From: the human T2T-CHM13v2.0 reference genome, Homo sapiens
Reading direction: 5' to 3' (one strand)
Assembly (NCBI RefSeq): GCF_009914755.1
Contig: NC_060926.1
Length of the DNA: 64,000 nucleotides
Below are positions 1 through 16,914 of this stretch, one piece after another; within the stretch, counting starts at the first letter, position 1, and the number at the start of each line of letters is the position of its first letter. The notes under the pieces are model-generated. The model searched no databases and was not told the DNA's origin. It saw only the letters and a list, made by a program, of their open reading frames with translations. The position numbers and the translations under genes are program-made.

Positions 1-59
1 GTAAATGGTAATGTCACTTGGTCTCAACTTGGGGAGACAGCCGAAGGTAGGAGGGACTT

Positions 60-295
60 TGGGGAACTGGGAGTCAGTCAGTTGCTGCTCAGCTCCATCC
101 AAATGTTGCCTCATGGGGATGCAGCCCTAAAATGAGCAGAACCAATTTTTCCACAAGAATCTAGAAAACTGGATTTTTAAAGTAAAGGTTCAGATTTGTA
201 CATTTGCACAATTAATTCAAAATTTTTGAAACTTTGTAAGAGCCAATCCTGTATGGCCCTAACAAAAAATATACATCTAGGGGCTAAATCTGTTT
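60..295. mobile_element. Old hAT-Charlie-like DNA transposon remnant
   Basis: Resembles the reverse complement of 36320-36560; subfamily uncertain. Confidence 0.4.
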
Positions 296-728
296 ATAAC
301 CTGTAGTTGCTGAGTGAGGTAGAACTTATTAGCTTGCACCATCTTCGATTTGGAGAAAGGACAAAGATTCATGGTTCATTATTTGTATGTCTTTAAATAG
401 GCTTTATCAGATAAAGAGAAAAAAGTTTAAAAAGCAAGGCATTTGAGGACAAGATTTATAGTGTGTGGACAGGAACTCTGCTCTTGCATTTCATTCCTAT
501 AACATCAGAGCCAGAGTTCTTGGGTTAATACAGAATGCGTGATTTTATTTTAGGATCCACAGCACAATGAAGTAAGATATTGCTGATGTCAGGCTTATGG
601 CATCTATAGTCATCTTGCTGTGAATATGGTCCTTAATAAAGAATTCATTAGAATGTTTCAGATAGGGCCTATGTTACAACAAAGATATGGAGATCTGGAT
701 ATATCTAGATGACATGAGGAATTTTCTA

Positions 729-1070
<342 letters not shown>

Positions 1071-2138
1071 CCCTACTCCCATCACATTGCTTTAGATGCA
1101 TGAAAGCAATACGTTTTGGGTCTTGAGTATTTCTTGACATTTCAAGTGTAAATACAGCTTTAGATACTTCAGCATTTTTTTCCTACTCATTGATTAATGG
1201 TAGCTTTTTTTCTTTTTCTCCCAATTCAAGTACGTAGTAATAAGTTAATGTGAGATTTGTACATTTTAATTTGTATTTTTCTGTTTTAATAATATAATAA
1301 AATATTTTGTGTTGCATTTAGTAGTAAAGAAGTATCTTTTTACCTAAATGCTTGGTGAATACTTTCAAGTTTTGTATGATTAATAGTTAAAGGGTGCTAA
1401 GATAAATAAATATATACATGCTCTGTTTCCTGAACTGGAGATTAGAAACAAAGTTTGAAAAGAAGCCAGTAGACATGAGATATTGTGGTGAGATAAAGAT
1501 TGGCAAGGGTCTAAAACTGTGAACTTGCAGACTTGTGAAATCCCCACAAATTACCACAGAAGCTGATGAGGTTCTCTTTTTAATTTTAGTCCCAGCTTGG
1601 TTTCAGTTACTATTTCAACTCTTCAGCATCCTTATTATGACTAGTAGATCTGTTAGCAAAACTGCTGGTGGAAAAGTTTTTGTGTAATATCCACTCCCCC
1701 AAATTGTTTTAGGGACATTAATCACCTGACATGCATTTATTTTCATTCTACAGAAGAATAAATGCAATGTCCAGACTTGGATCCCATTCAAGATTCATTG
1801 GTCTATTACTGACATTTCTAAATGTATCTACTGAAATCTCCTGCTCTTTAACCTCTTTGCAGGAAGATATGTGTCTTTGTATTCCCTTGAGTACTTTCGG
1901 TATGTGTTTAATAAATACTTCTTAAAAATTAGATTGTAAATTGATCAATAAAGATATCATTGAATGGTTTGGGTGGTATGCCCAGAGACAGCTAGTTTTA
2001 ATCTACCAAAATAATGAATAATACAGAGTAAGAAGCATATTATAGAATTTTCATTTAAGAAAATATGGACTAAGTCATAGAAGAAATGGGATTTAAACTA
2101 GTTCTCATTTCATGATACAGATTTCTGGCCTACACTGC

Positions 2139-2223
2139 CTTTTTCCCCTCCCTTTCTCCAGCCCTTCTTTCCTTTCTCCAGCCCTTCTTTCCTTTCTCCC
2201 TTCTCTCTTTCTTTCCTTTCTTT
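2139..2223. repeat. Polypyrimidine tract with 20-bp tandem repeat (cctttctccagcccttcttt x~2.5)
   Basis: Copies at 2151-2170, 2171-2190 and partial 2191-2199. Confidence 0.85.
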
Positions 2224-2339
2224 GCAAAATGGGTATATGTAGGTAAAATGTATGTGGCTTATGAATTTGAGAGGAGTGACAGAAATAGGAATCATTGCAT
2301 CCCTCAGTAGAGGGCACTTTTTGGTCCCTTACCAAGAAA

Positions 2340-2590
2340 ATAATAACAGCAGCTAACACTCATTGAGGGCATACTATGTGGCAGTTAATAAGCACTTTAC
2401 CTGTTATTAACTTACTTAGTTCTCATAACAACCCTACAACACAGACATTATTATTATTCTATCATACAGTTAAAGATACAGACACACAGTAAATTAAATA
2501 ACTTACCCCCAAACCACACAGTTAGAAAGTTCAAGAGTTGAATTTGATCCCAGTGGTCTGGCTCTAGAGTCCATGCTCTTTACCATTACA
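2340..2590 (-). mobile_element. MIR
   Basis: Reverse-complement MIR core. Confidence 0.75.
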
Positions 2591-2779
2591 TTGTACTTAG
2601 AAAAGAACTCAGTAAAGAACGAGTAAAATGTGTAAGGCCAGCAAGGAAGGACTGTGTTGGGTTATGTCACATGGGCTTTCACAGAAGCTTTCATTATGAT
2701 GTTCAGAACATGATAGTCCCTCTCTCCCCTTCAAAATGGTTTTGAGTGAAAGAATGAACAAATATATACTTTAATCCCA

Positions 2780-3112
2780 ACTTGAAGACCTCACCATCCT
2801 CTGAGCATTCCTGATTTTCCATGCCTCCCTGCCTTCTTCAGTGCCATTTTCTCTGTGTGCAGCATTCTCCTTCTTCTCTCTGCCCAGTGCATCCCTGCTT
2901 GTGCGGCTAGGCACAGCTCGGTTCTATGAGTCACCTTGTTTTTACCTCTCTCACAACACTTTCGTAATGCCCCTGATCATAACTTCTGTCCATGTGTGCC
3001 CCCTCTCTAGATCCTCAAGCCTCCGAGATCACAATCTGTGCCTGACATATGCTTGTACCTCCACCATGGTGTTAATCATAGTGTCTGGCACAGAAATAAG
3101 TGTTTATTCAAC
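2780..3112 (+). mobile_element. L2 3' fragment
   Basis: catagtgtctggcacag L2 tail motif. Confidence 0.55.
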
Positions 3113-3460
3113 AGACAAGAAAGTGACTGGAGAAGTATTCACTGTAATTTTATCCTCTTTAACAATCTGTAATACTAAAAATTGGGAAGCATATCTTGAA
3201 ATTCCACTATGAGCCTGTTAATATAAAAGAAATAAATGTATTCAATAATCAAAAGAGAAACATCAAGACAAGAATAAGGTTAGACTCATCCCCAACCCCC
3301 TCCCATTTCTGACCTCTGTTCCTCTCCTAAGATTCACCCCATCCCTGGTCCTAGCCCAATCCTGGACAGTGAGTCCCTCCCTAAGGTGAACCACCTGTCT
3401 CCCTGGCTTTGTCCAGACACCTAATCCTCACTCTATACAGTGATTGAAACCCCAGTTTTT

Positions 3461-3755
3461 GGCCAGGTGCGGTGGCTTAATCTCAGCACTTTGGGAGACC
3501 GAGGTGGGTGGATCGCCTGAGCTCAGGAGTTCGAGACCAGCCTGGGCAACATGGTGAAACCCCCATATCTACCAAAAATACAAAAATTAGCTGGGTGTGG
3601 TGGTGCGCACATGTGGTCCCAGCTACTCGAAAGGTGAGGTGGGAGAATTGCCTGAACCCAGGAGGTGGAGGTTGCAGTGTGCCAAGATCACGCCACTGCA
3701 CTCCAGCCTGGGCAACGGAGTGAGACCCGCATCTCAAAACAAAACAAAACCAAAA
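3461..3755 (+). mobile_element. Alu
   Basis: Dimer; TSD ccagtttttgg. Confidence 0.95.
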
Positions 3756-4816
3756 CCAGTTTTTGGTATCTCAATGCACAATGTTAATTAAGTAGCAAAA
3801 TCTCGGCATTTAAAAAATCTGAAATATTTACATAAATGATTTGACCCAAATCACTTGTAAGGGTCAACTGATTTGGATCAAATCACCTGTGTCTTGAGCT
3901 ATACTCAGAGAATTACATGCCCCATTAAAATATCAAATCCAAAAAAAAAAAGAGAGGATAAGATTAGAGAAGAAAATTAAAGAAGAAACCAATTTGAAGT
4001 GTACAGACCATGTCAAAAGAATATGATGGCAGAGAAAAGTAGTCATATAAAGATATCAGGCACACTTCTGGGCTAGGGGATAGAAAAAATACAGTTTTGT
4101 TCTTAAGCCATTGGAGAGACCGACAGAACCATTCAGTAACATAAATTTTACAAAGCTAAAGGAAGTCAGTACACTGAGTGCCAAAATCCACCTGGAAGGG
4201 TGAGGAAGGAAGAGGAGAATTCTGGAAAAGGGAGTAGGGGATTGCCAAGCGTAAGTATTGGGAGAGGAGAGACATTCAAAAAAATAAAGAAACAATGTGT
4301 GCAAAGCATGGGGTCTGTGAAACCAGAGTTCCCTTTCACAGCAGTATCACATGTGCTGGAGTAAAGAGAGGAAAAAGGAGGGAGGGAATGCAGGGGGCAG
4401 GCTTTGTATGCCATGGAAAGGACTTTCTATTTATGTAAGACCACAGGGAACTGTGGAAGAATTTTGGAGACAGGAGTTCCGCAATCAATCTGATAATTTG
4501 GAAAGATTGATTTGGGCCCAGGAGAGAGGGGAGATAAACAGGAACTGAGAACCAATATAGAAGTCTGAGAAGTGAGCCATTGCGGTGGGCCAGGGGATAC
4601 GGGATGACAGCTTGAACCCAGGAGAGGCGGTGGAGATGAAGGGCAGTGGGCGAGGAGAAGAAACAACTGGGAAGTAGGTGATCAGACTTGGGCATGAGGG
4701 ATGGCAAAAGAGAGTGCTAGGAAATCTAGGGTGAGTCCCAAGTTTCTGGCATGGAATACTGGGAGGCAGGTTGAGCCATAGACCAAGGAAGGAAATATGG
4801 GAGATATAGCAGGTTA

Positions 4817-5705
<889 letters not shown>

Positions 5706-6661
5706 GAGATACGAAAACTCACCCAAATGTTAAGTAAAACTTGTCCAAAGTCACATGCTAGTAAGTAGAAGAGCTAGGTTGCAATCCCAAGTCCACCTGT
5801 CTCCAAACCCTACTCCCTTCCTCTGCAGTTTGCGTGTAGCTTGTCTCTGTTTGGTTTGGAGTCATCAACGTAGAGGTGGTAGCTGAAGCCACTTCTGTGG
5901 ATGAGTTCAGCATGGAGACATGAGAACCGTTGGCAGTTTAGAGGCCAGCAGTAGGAAAGGAGTCTGCAGATGAGACGATGAGGTATGACCAGAGGCAGAA
6001 AAACCAGGGAAGAGATGTTGCCAGGAAAACCAACCAAAAGGAGAATTTAAGGGAGGGTGTGGTCAAGAAGTACTACACTGCGGCTAAGCCTTAGCATAAG
6101 AAGACAATGAAGAGAGCTTAGCGGGTGTAATGACTTTTGCCAGAGTAGTTTGAATAGAGTATGAGGGCAGGAAGTAGAAGGGGAGTTAGACAGAGCTTGA
6201 TTTGGGTGGTCTGAAGAGAGGATCAAATAGAACCAGCAAATTCTACTTGGCTGTGAGGGATGGGAGAGATGGCCAGTAGAGGGTTGCTAAATTTTGTTTG
6301 TTTGTTAGTGTTTGGTTTTGGCCAGAAGACACCTCACGTTTATCTATGTAGAGGAAATACAAGGGGAGTTACAAGCTAGAGGAAGGAGAAGTGGTAAGAC
6401 GCATGAACTCTAGACAGTTACACCAAGGAACTGGTGAAGAGAGAAGAAAGGCATGGTGCTGTTTCTGTGTGTGGAGGTGGGTGGGGGTTGGGGGGTGTAG
6501 ATACCTTCACATGGTAGGTCAAGGGAAATTAGTTCACTCTGGGCTTCCCTTCATTTGTCTTAATTTGCTCACACTTTAGTAAATTACAATTGATTAATTC
6601 CTCCTTTTACAACCTACCAACAACATCCTTATTCCTATTCCTTGGTCTCTTTTAACTGTCT

Positions 6662-6991
6662 CTTTCTTTTTTTCTTTCTTTTTTTTTTTTTTGAGATGGA
6701 ATTTCTCTCTGCTGCCCTTTTGCCTAGGCTGGAGTGCAGTGGCAGAATCTCGGCTCACTGCTCACTACAACCTCCGCCTCCCGGGTTCAAGGGATTCTCC
6801 TGCCTCAGCCTCCCAAGTAGCTGAGACTACAGGCACGCACCACCACACCCAGCTAATTTTTTTGTATTTTTATTAGAGACAGCGTTTCACCATATTGTTC
6901 AGGCTGATCCCGAACTCCTGACCTCAGGTGATGCACTCGCCTTGGCCTCCCAAAGTGCTGGGATTACAGGTGTGAGCCACCATGCCCAGCC
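6662..6991 (-). mobile_element. Alu
   Basis: Poly-T then antisense Alu. Confidence 0.95.
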
Positions 6992-9280
6992 TTCCTCTAA
7001 CTCTTTAACCTTTACTTTATGAAAAGCTAGCTTCTTCTCCCTCTTTCTTTCTCATTCTCTGTCTCTCTAGATCCACTAATGAGTCCAAAATACACATCAG
7101 AAACCCTAGTTTCTCAGAGTTGTGGCATTTCTGAAAGCTAATCTGGCATGGTAGCAAACCAGTCTATCAACCTCTAAAATTCTTAAGAACTCCCAAAGTT
7201 CTCTTTTAGCATTTTGACAGACTGTTTCCCATATGTAAATCTGTTATTAATCCATTTGTAATATTGTTCTAATGGAAAATATATATTCTAAATTTCAACC
7301 ACTTTACAAATTTAGTTGGGAACATTTCACAATTTTAGGACTTCCTTTTTTCTCACTGTGATTTATGCTCTTAAAACATTTTTGAAATGAATTTTTTTTG
7401 TTCTGATAAGGAGGGCAGAGTCGTAGTATTTATCTCATGTCAGAGATGATGAAAGTGAGCCTCAGAGAAGTTAAATGGGACCTAAGATACTACATAAATT
7501 TTCTAGTCAGTTATATTTTCTTTTTTTGTAGGTATGGACTGTGATTTCATTTCAGGAGTAAGGTGAAATTAGTTGATGTCTTAGATGGGAGGAAGACATA
7601 TCGTTGGCTCTTGAGATTTGTTTTTCTTTTAGAGAAAAGAAGGACCATTTGCTGCAGGAAAAACATCTGAAACAAAAGGGAATGACAAAGTTATTAAGTG
7701 GAGCCTTCTAATTATGGGCCTCAAGCTGTGTAACTTTATTTGAGAGCACAGAAATAATTTTAAACACACTTTTTTTTTTGGTTCCTGTACTTTACCGTTA
7801 ATTGATTCCAATAAAAAGTCTAGCTCCAAATCCCTGATTTCAGAAGTAATTTCAAACTGAGACATTACCATCCCATAAAAGAGTACTATAAACACATGGG
7901 TTTCTAAATAGGAGCAAAATGTTTTCACTTAGATGATAACATAGTACAGTTTCTCTTAGAAAAGAGAAATTCATATTACATCTTCAGTATCTATATATAC
8001 AAAGTTAGCGTCTAAATGGTAAAGGAAATCTATTTATTAAAGCTTATCACTGTCAATAGTGAAACTGGATAATAAAATTAATAATAAAAATAAAGCAGCA
8101 TTGTGCAACCCCTATGCTTTTTGCAATCCTTTCATTTATTTGTGCCTTTAAAAAAATCCAAAGGTGGTTCAGAACTCAATATATCCCTACCTGACCCCAA
8201 TCATTTTCTCTGTCATCAGCTTTTAATCTAAATATTGTTGTCTCATGTGTATTCCTATTCATTTTTCACGTAGTGATAAATTTCTGGATTGCAAATTGCA
8301 TATGTCTATCCTATGCCTAATTCTGGAATCATGTTCAGATATTTCCAACCACCTTACTGTCTGACACTATTGGACTTAGCCTGTATTTTCTATTGTAATT
8401 TTGTGACCCATAAAGCTTAGTATCTTTCCTGTCAAGAAGGCCTCCTAGATCTCCTTGGGTGGAATTTGGTCCCATTTCTGTGCTCCCGCAATGCCCTGGG
8501 CATCTGTCTCTGTCACCAGACTTAATGGACTCATTGGTTTATAATAACTGATTTATATTATGTCTCCCGCATGGGATTGTATGCTGTTGAGAATGGGCTC
8601 TCTACACCTCCAGCCTATTGCTATAAACATTGTGCTTAATGCTAAATAGACAATAAACATTGGCTTTTGTGCCCAGCCAAACTAATGCCTTTCTCTGAAA
8701 ACCTGGAGGTCCATTTAAAGACAGTCTTTCATTATGTTAGTGCTTCTTGCTGCATTCCTGTGGAGCAACTTAAAATTCTTGTTTTCAAATCCTTTCCCTT
8801 GTTTTTAGCGACAGTCAGCTTCCACTCCCAGCCTAGAGTGATGGTAGTTTAGGAGAGATTTTGTAGTCCAGGCTGTGCCTTCTGTTCACATTCTCTTGCT
8901 TTTTAGAGGCTTTCCATGCAATGTCTTCATTCCCTTGGAGCCTCTTTTGTGTAGATTCTGTCCTTGGAGATTGTCATCTGGATGCAGTGGGAAGACCCCT
9001 AAGAATTTTACTTATGCAGTTGTTAAAAATGCCTTCCTGTTCCTAGTGAGCACATGAGGCTGAGCACGTTGGTATTGGCACCAAGTACTAAACAGAAGTC
9101 AATAACCAGCTCAGAGCTCATCTCACAAGACCTCATTGCATTTTTTGGTGAGAATTAAGTAAAAAGCAAGATTTAGCCACATTTTAGTTATTGCTGGATT
9201 GTTTGGGAGGAGCCTGGCCTCCCAGAGTTTGTTGGGGAAAAATATCAACACTGTGACCAACATGAAGAGCACCTAAATGA

Positions 9281-9370
9281 TTCCTCCTCTTCCTCCTCCT
9301 CCATATCATCACCATCATCATCATCATCATCACCACCACCACCACCACCACCACCATTATTATCAGCATC
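9281..9370. repeat. Compound trinucleotide microsatellite (TCC)n(CAT)n(CAC)n
   Basis: Direct reading. Confidence 0.95.
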
Positions 9371-9418
9371 AAATCCACTCAGAATTAAGTGGAACAACAA
9401 AGGAGTAAGGGAATGTGA

Positions 9419-9772
<354 letters not shown>

Positions 9773-10489
9773 CAGGATTCTTCGGAATACAATATTGGTA
9801 TTTTTGAGAGAAGAAAATATTGATCTTTAAAAAAATGATTTTCCCGAAGTTTAAAATTTTAACTTCTGAGGCTCAAGTTTCCTAGTTCTGGGTCTTAACT
9901 TTGAGGCATTATTTGGAAAGTGAACACTCGAGTTGCCATAGTAGGTCATAATCCTTCAATGTGGCTGAATGTGTCCATCTGGAAGCCATCCAACTGCAGG
10001 TGTCTAGCATGTATATATATCATTTCCCTGCTATGTTCGGCTGCAGCCAAATGCTAGGAGAATACCCCCTTGGTGGGACTTTGGAATTTCATGGTATTTA
10101 TTACTAAAGCTTCTCTAAGATTCTCATTTCTTGTTCAACTTATGTCAGGTAGCTGTAAATATGTTGGTTTGGTTGCCAATATTCAATACCAGTAACCAAG
10201 AAAACATAAATAAAATGCAGTTAAGCTTTGTTACTTGTTAGCAGAAAATGCAACAAGGCCTTGTGAGATGAGCTCTGAGCTGGTTATTGACTTCTGTTCA
10301 GTACTTGGTACCAGTGATTCCCTGAGTTGCCAAGCTTGCTGTAATAGTGAACGTTATTCATTTTCAGACAATAGGGCCAGTGATAGAATGCTTACCAGCC
10401 AAACACAGAGAATAACAAACCTTTGTTCTGGACAATGTCTAGAAACTGATCTAATGGGCAGGCCTTAACAACAGCTAAAATTTTTGTGG

Positions 10490-10730
10490 GTAGTAGAAAA
10501 ACATAAATTTTTGGAGTTGGACTTGGCTTTGCAACTTAACTAGTAACATGATACTGGACAAGTAATTTAACTTCTTTAGGCCTCAATTTCCTTATCCATG
10601 AAATGGAGATAATAAGACCTTAGCTTTCGGGGTGTTAAAAGATTGAAAGATAACATAGGCAATTTTCCCAACATTATATCTGTCACATTACGTTGCGACC
10701 AACAAATGGTATTTTTAGATGCTGTTATTA
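10490..10730 (+). mobile_element. MIR
   Basis: cctcaatttccttatccatgaaatggagataataa core. Confidence 0.7.
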
Positions 10731-11290
10731 CTTCATTTTCTAAAATCCAGGACAATGTTGATTATTAATTCCCCATTAACTTAGTGAAATCTCTTTTCAG
10801 GATAAAACAGACAACAAAAATTTTTAAATCTAGGAAAATCCTATTATCACATTAAATAAACACATCCAATGCAAGAAGGACAAAAAATTTCTTTTAGAGT
10901 TGAAAATTACAGTATTAAGTGTGGCTCCTTCCTACTGTCATTGTTAAATAACCTTTGGAGATACTGCCTCACCATCCATAAATATGGGGGATTTTAGTCT
11001 TCGTGTCATCAGTTGTGGTCCATTTACAATGAATGAACTTTGCCATAAGCACCAGGCCCATTTCTTATATTCATACTATCCCAGTAGGTTTGTGATAGAA
11101 ACAAGTTTGACAGTGATGACAGTATGACTTTGGTGGAGCACACTGGGAAGAACACCTGATTGAAGAAAATAAAATAGAAAGAAAAATTCAAAGAACAGAA
11201 TAGTGAACTTAAAAGGAATGAGAAGGAAAATTTAAACAGAAACAAGACCAATGCAGAAATAAACAAATAATTTCAAATATAGTCAACTGA

Positions 11291-11565
11291 GGCCAGGCAC
11301 AGTGGCTCACACATGTAATTCCAGCACTTTGGGAGGCCAAGGTGGGCAGATCACTTGAGATCAGGAATTCAGACCATCCTGGCCAACATGGTGAAACCCC
11401 ATCTCTACTAAAAATACAAAAATTAGCTGGGCATGATGGTGCGTGCCTGTAATCCCAGGTACTCGGAAGGCTGAGGTAGGAGAATTGCTTGAAAGTGGGG
11501 GGCAGAGGTTGAAGTGAGCCAAGATCACACCACTGCACTCCAGCCTGGGTGACAGAGCAAGACTC
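11291..11565 (+). mobile_element. Alu lacking A-tail
   Basis: Ends at gcaagactc. Confidence 0.93.
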
Positions 11566-11592
11566 GGTTAATGAGAGCACTGGAGAGTGTGA

Positions 11593-12700
<1,108 letters not shown>

Positions 12701-13261
12701 GGCATCCATGTGGGTAAATTTCTCATTTTTATGGAAGGAAATCAAGGAAGTTTCTGTCTGGCAACTTCCATTTACTCTAAAAAGGAGACACGGTCATCTG
12801 CCAGAAGGTATGATGGATACCATTCTGAGGTTTATCGAGAGGAGAAAATGTACAAAAGCCATTGTGAAAAGAGAAGAAAGGAACCAGAATTATCAGGATT
12901 ATTTCTGTCAAGAGTAGAAGGCTGATGTTTTTCTTCTCCTGGAGGTATTTGTTTGTTTTTTATTGTTGTTGTTTTTGAGAGGAAGTTTAGTGTTCCTTGC
13001 TTTTTGGGCTATTGTATCATCTACCCATGTCATGTTTCTAAAATTACTTCAGATAACTTCTGGAACAATGTTTGTGGCAAATCTCCCCTGCATTCAAGAA
13101 GCAATTATGAGTTTCTATTGTTATGGTCTAGTTACACTTTCCATAAGTCTGAGCCTCAGAACTAAAGCAAGGCTGGCATTTGTTAGGTGGTGTCCTCACA
13201 AGGGCACAGATCCTAGCTCCCATTTCACCTAGGTTTGCTTGATATGGTGAAGAGGACGTTA

Positions 13262-13588
<327 letters not shown>

Positions 13589-13589
13589 T

Positions 13590-14040
13590 CCAGATATGAT
13601 CATGCCATTCTCCTTTCAAACAATGGCTTCCCGTTGCCCTTTGGATAAAGGATATACTCCTTACTAAAGCTTACAATACTGTCATGAGCTACTTCCACTG
13701 ACGTTTTAGTCTCATCTCTTGCCATAACACTTTAGTCATTGTAAATGTCTTTTCGATTTCTCATAATTGAAAAGACTTCATCTTCATTACTAAGCTAAAA
13801 CTCCTCAGGCTTCTAGACTAAATTAGTGCCCCTCCCTACCTGCTCTGTGCTCCATAAGATATTTTATTGTCATTGTTCCTTTAATTCTTTGCTAGACTAT
13901 AGAGGCAAGGATTGTATCTGTCTTGCTTATCCATTTATCCTTCACTTCCCCGACACCAACCCCTTCTACCAGCCACTCTAGTATTCTGTTCAGTGTCTGG
14001 TGTCTAGTAGATCCTCAGTAAGTATTTATCAAATAAATTA
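13590..14040 (+). mobile_element. L2 3' end
   Basis: caatggcttcccgttgccc ... cagtgtctggtgtctagtagatcctcagtaagtattt. Confidence 0.65.
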
Positions 14041-15886
14041 ATTGTCTTTCAGAGTTTTTATTATTTCATTTACTAACCTCAATCTTAATTCTCCTATGGA
14101 GTATCAGGTAATATAATCACAGCACTTTAAAAAAAAATCTCATGTCTGTGGTGATAAAGAGAAATTAAGTTTGCATATTTCCAGAACAATGAATGCTGAC
14201 ATCTTTGGCATTAATCTTTAAGACTTCAAGGTTTGTAACAATTAACACTTGTATTCATGAAGGATTAGTCATTTAGAGAAACCTCTTTGTCTCCATATGG
14301 AGGTCATATGAATGTAAAGATATTTATGTAGTCATTTATGCATAAAGATAATAACTGCCATTGGCAGGGAAGGATCTTCAAGAAATTCTTTTATCTTGGA
14401 ATAGAGACAATGTGATAGACAAGACAATTGTTGAAAGTTCTAATATGGCCAACATCATTTCAAAACGATTTGTTGAATACTTACTAGTTACAATATTTCA
14501 CCTTATAAATCCTACAATTCTAGAGCCAAGAGAAAGCTTCCCTGTCATTTTGGCATACTTCCTAGATACCGTCTGGGAATTTAGTCTACAACATCTCTGA
14601 CAGTCATGACCTAACTTTGGCTTGAGAACCTTTGAGAATTGGAGTCCCTTGCTGGTGAGGCTGCTTGGCCCCCTAATAGGTGCTCCAGTGTCATCGTATT
14701 TTTTCTTCGAATATCTTTTCTCTTCTCTAAATGAACACCTCTCTCCCTTTCGCTTCTACAAATTGGTCCTCTACTTCAGGCCTCAACTTAAAAGACTTTT
14801 AATATGGGAGGGGAAGAAGTAGTGCAGGTAAAAGGAGACCCTTTCCCTGAGCACTCAGCGTTCTGCAGGCTCCGTGATGGATTCACTTTATGTGACCTCA
14901 CTAACTCCTTAAACAGTCTAGTAAAGTACGCAGCATTATGGAATTTTACTCAGAGAAAAGTCAGACTTTCCCCATTCAGTTACCTAATGTTGAAACCCGA
15001 TTTTTTTTAATGGAGAGGTTCTGAGTCAAGAGCCTGGTATGCTCATTTATATCTGTTAATGAACAGTTACATGGAATTGGCTACCTTTTATTATTTCTAA
15101 AATTGGGAGCACTGTTCTTAGTGTCCTAGGCAACCTCAGAAGGATGTTTTTTGACAATAGAGGCTTCACAAGTCATGTTAATGAACGTCCTTTTGCTACA
15201 AGAACATATTGTAGCCTTTGAAATCACACCCAACAAAACTCTATTGCCCTTTAAAAATAACACTTTTCTTTTAGAAATAATTCAAACCCTGGGAGAAATT
15301 TGGCTTATTGTGTCCCTTTCAGACTTGGGAGAAAATGTATATGCTGGAGAACAATAATTTTCATGGCCGCCAGAGAGTACCTATCAACACTACAGCAAGT
15401 CCTAAACAAACAGCAAGTTCTTAAGGCCCCATTGGGAGACTAAACAACCTGCTCTAAAATAACATTGACATTCATGTTGAGACAATCAGTAGTGATTTAG
15501 GGTCAGAGTTTAGTGATCATGACCACAGACTGTTTTAAGGATTTACTAACATTTCAAAGTCAATGTTTGGAAATTCTTAATGAGTAATCCACTGATATAT
15601 TTGCATGAAACAGTAGTTTATACTATGTGTATAGAACTTGGTTTTGTTGCATATGTGGGTTTTTAATAGGCTGCAAAAAGCTTACTTGATTTAAAAAAAA
15701 ATTGTCTTACCAAATAACTATTTTGAATATTTGCCCTTGTTAATTGATGTTGTGGGTGAAGTTTAGACAAAATCTCAAATACCACCTATAACTCAAAGTT
15801 TTTGAAAATGCTTTAACACAATGTGGATTCTTTGGGGTTATCATGATCTAATTCTATATGGGGGTTTCTTTCTGTTCTTTTGTCAG

Positions 15887-16019
15887 GTTCTCCAAAATAC
15901 TTATCATTCAGGTTGAATAAACCAGTTCTACAGACTGCTTCTTCCATGCATTTCCCAATGATGCTAACTGCCCTTAAAATTCTTTCAGATTTGGAACTGT
16001 ATCTGTATGGAAACAACAG
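15887..16019 (+). other. RASGRP3: RASGRP3 non-coding 5'UTR exon (133 nt)
   Basis: Acceptor ttctttctgttcttttgtcag| and perfect donor CAG|GTAAGT; upstream of the ATG exon. Confidence 0.8.
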
Positions 16020-16914
16020 GTAAGTATTTCTTTAAATTGTCATAAATTATGTAAGAATTCTAATAAAAATTAAATATGCCTAGAGAAACTAAAAGAAACG
16101 TGCTATGATGTTAATAGGAGTTATCTTTGTATGATGAGATTAGGGATAACTTTTTCCTTAATGTCCTGTTTTAAATAATAAGTGTATATTGCTTTTGTGA
16201 TAAAGAAGCCTTATTCTGAAAAAGGTAGTTGTAGACACAATAATGTCCACACATAGGAAATGAGATCTCAGGTAAATGTGCAGGTGACAGAAGGTGGAGC
16301 AGAGACTCAGACACATCTACTGATTGCAGAAACAGATTGTAACCTGATAGCCCGGCCCACCTGGCCCGTCGTGTGCCAGTTTCTTTGCAGATCAGAAATA
16401 TAACCCTAAACGTGGTGATGAGTCTTTGGTTCCAGGTTATCTCTAACCCCTTATGGGGATGTGAACACCTTCCCCAGACAGCTCAGCTGAGTAATTTTGG
16501 TTTTGAATTGAGAAACCAGTTTAGTCTAGGCCTATTTGTTCTAAGTAATATGTCTACTCTTCCGTGAGTAACAGGCTAAAAAAAAATGTCTGTATACACA
16601 TGAAGGTAATCAAACTTGTTAATTGTTCAATCTTGACTTTTAAGGGTACTGATAGAGTTTACATTAGAGGAATCAGAGAAGTTCTGCCCCAGAATGTCTT
16701 GGAAAAGGCAAGTTCTAATGATGAATATAGGCAGATTCTATTAAGTTTAGAAAACTGGCAGAAATTTTTGTCCCAGTGATGTTTACTTAAAGCTGATTTA
16801 GTAAACAAACTTCAAAAAGTCTCTTAAAAATGTATGGTATCTATACACACTCACATAAATATACTCATATTCAATGACAAACCTCTGACAAGTTTCATGA
16901 TATTCATTTCCTCA

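Noticed and set aside
6476-6496. G-rich runs (also 24346-24360 and C-run 57215-57230)
   Set aside because: Only three clear G3+ tracts each; not canonical G-quadruplexes
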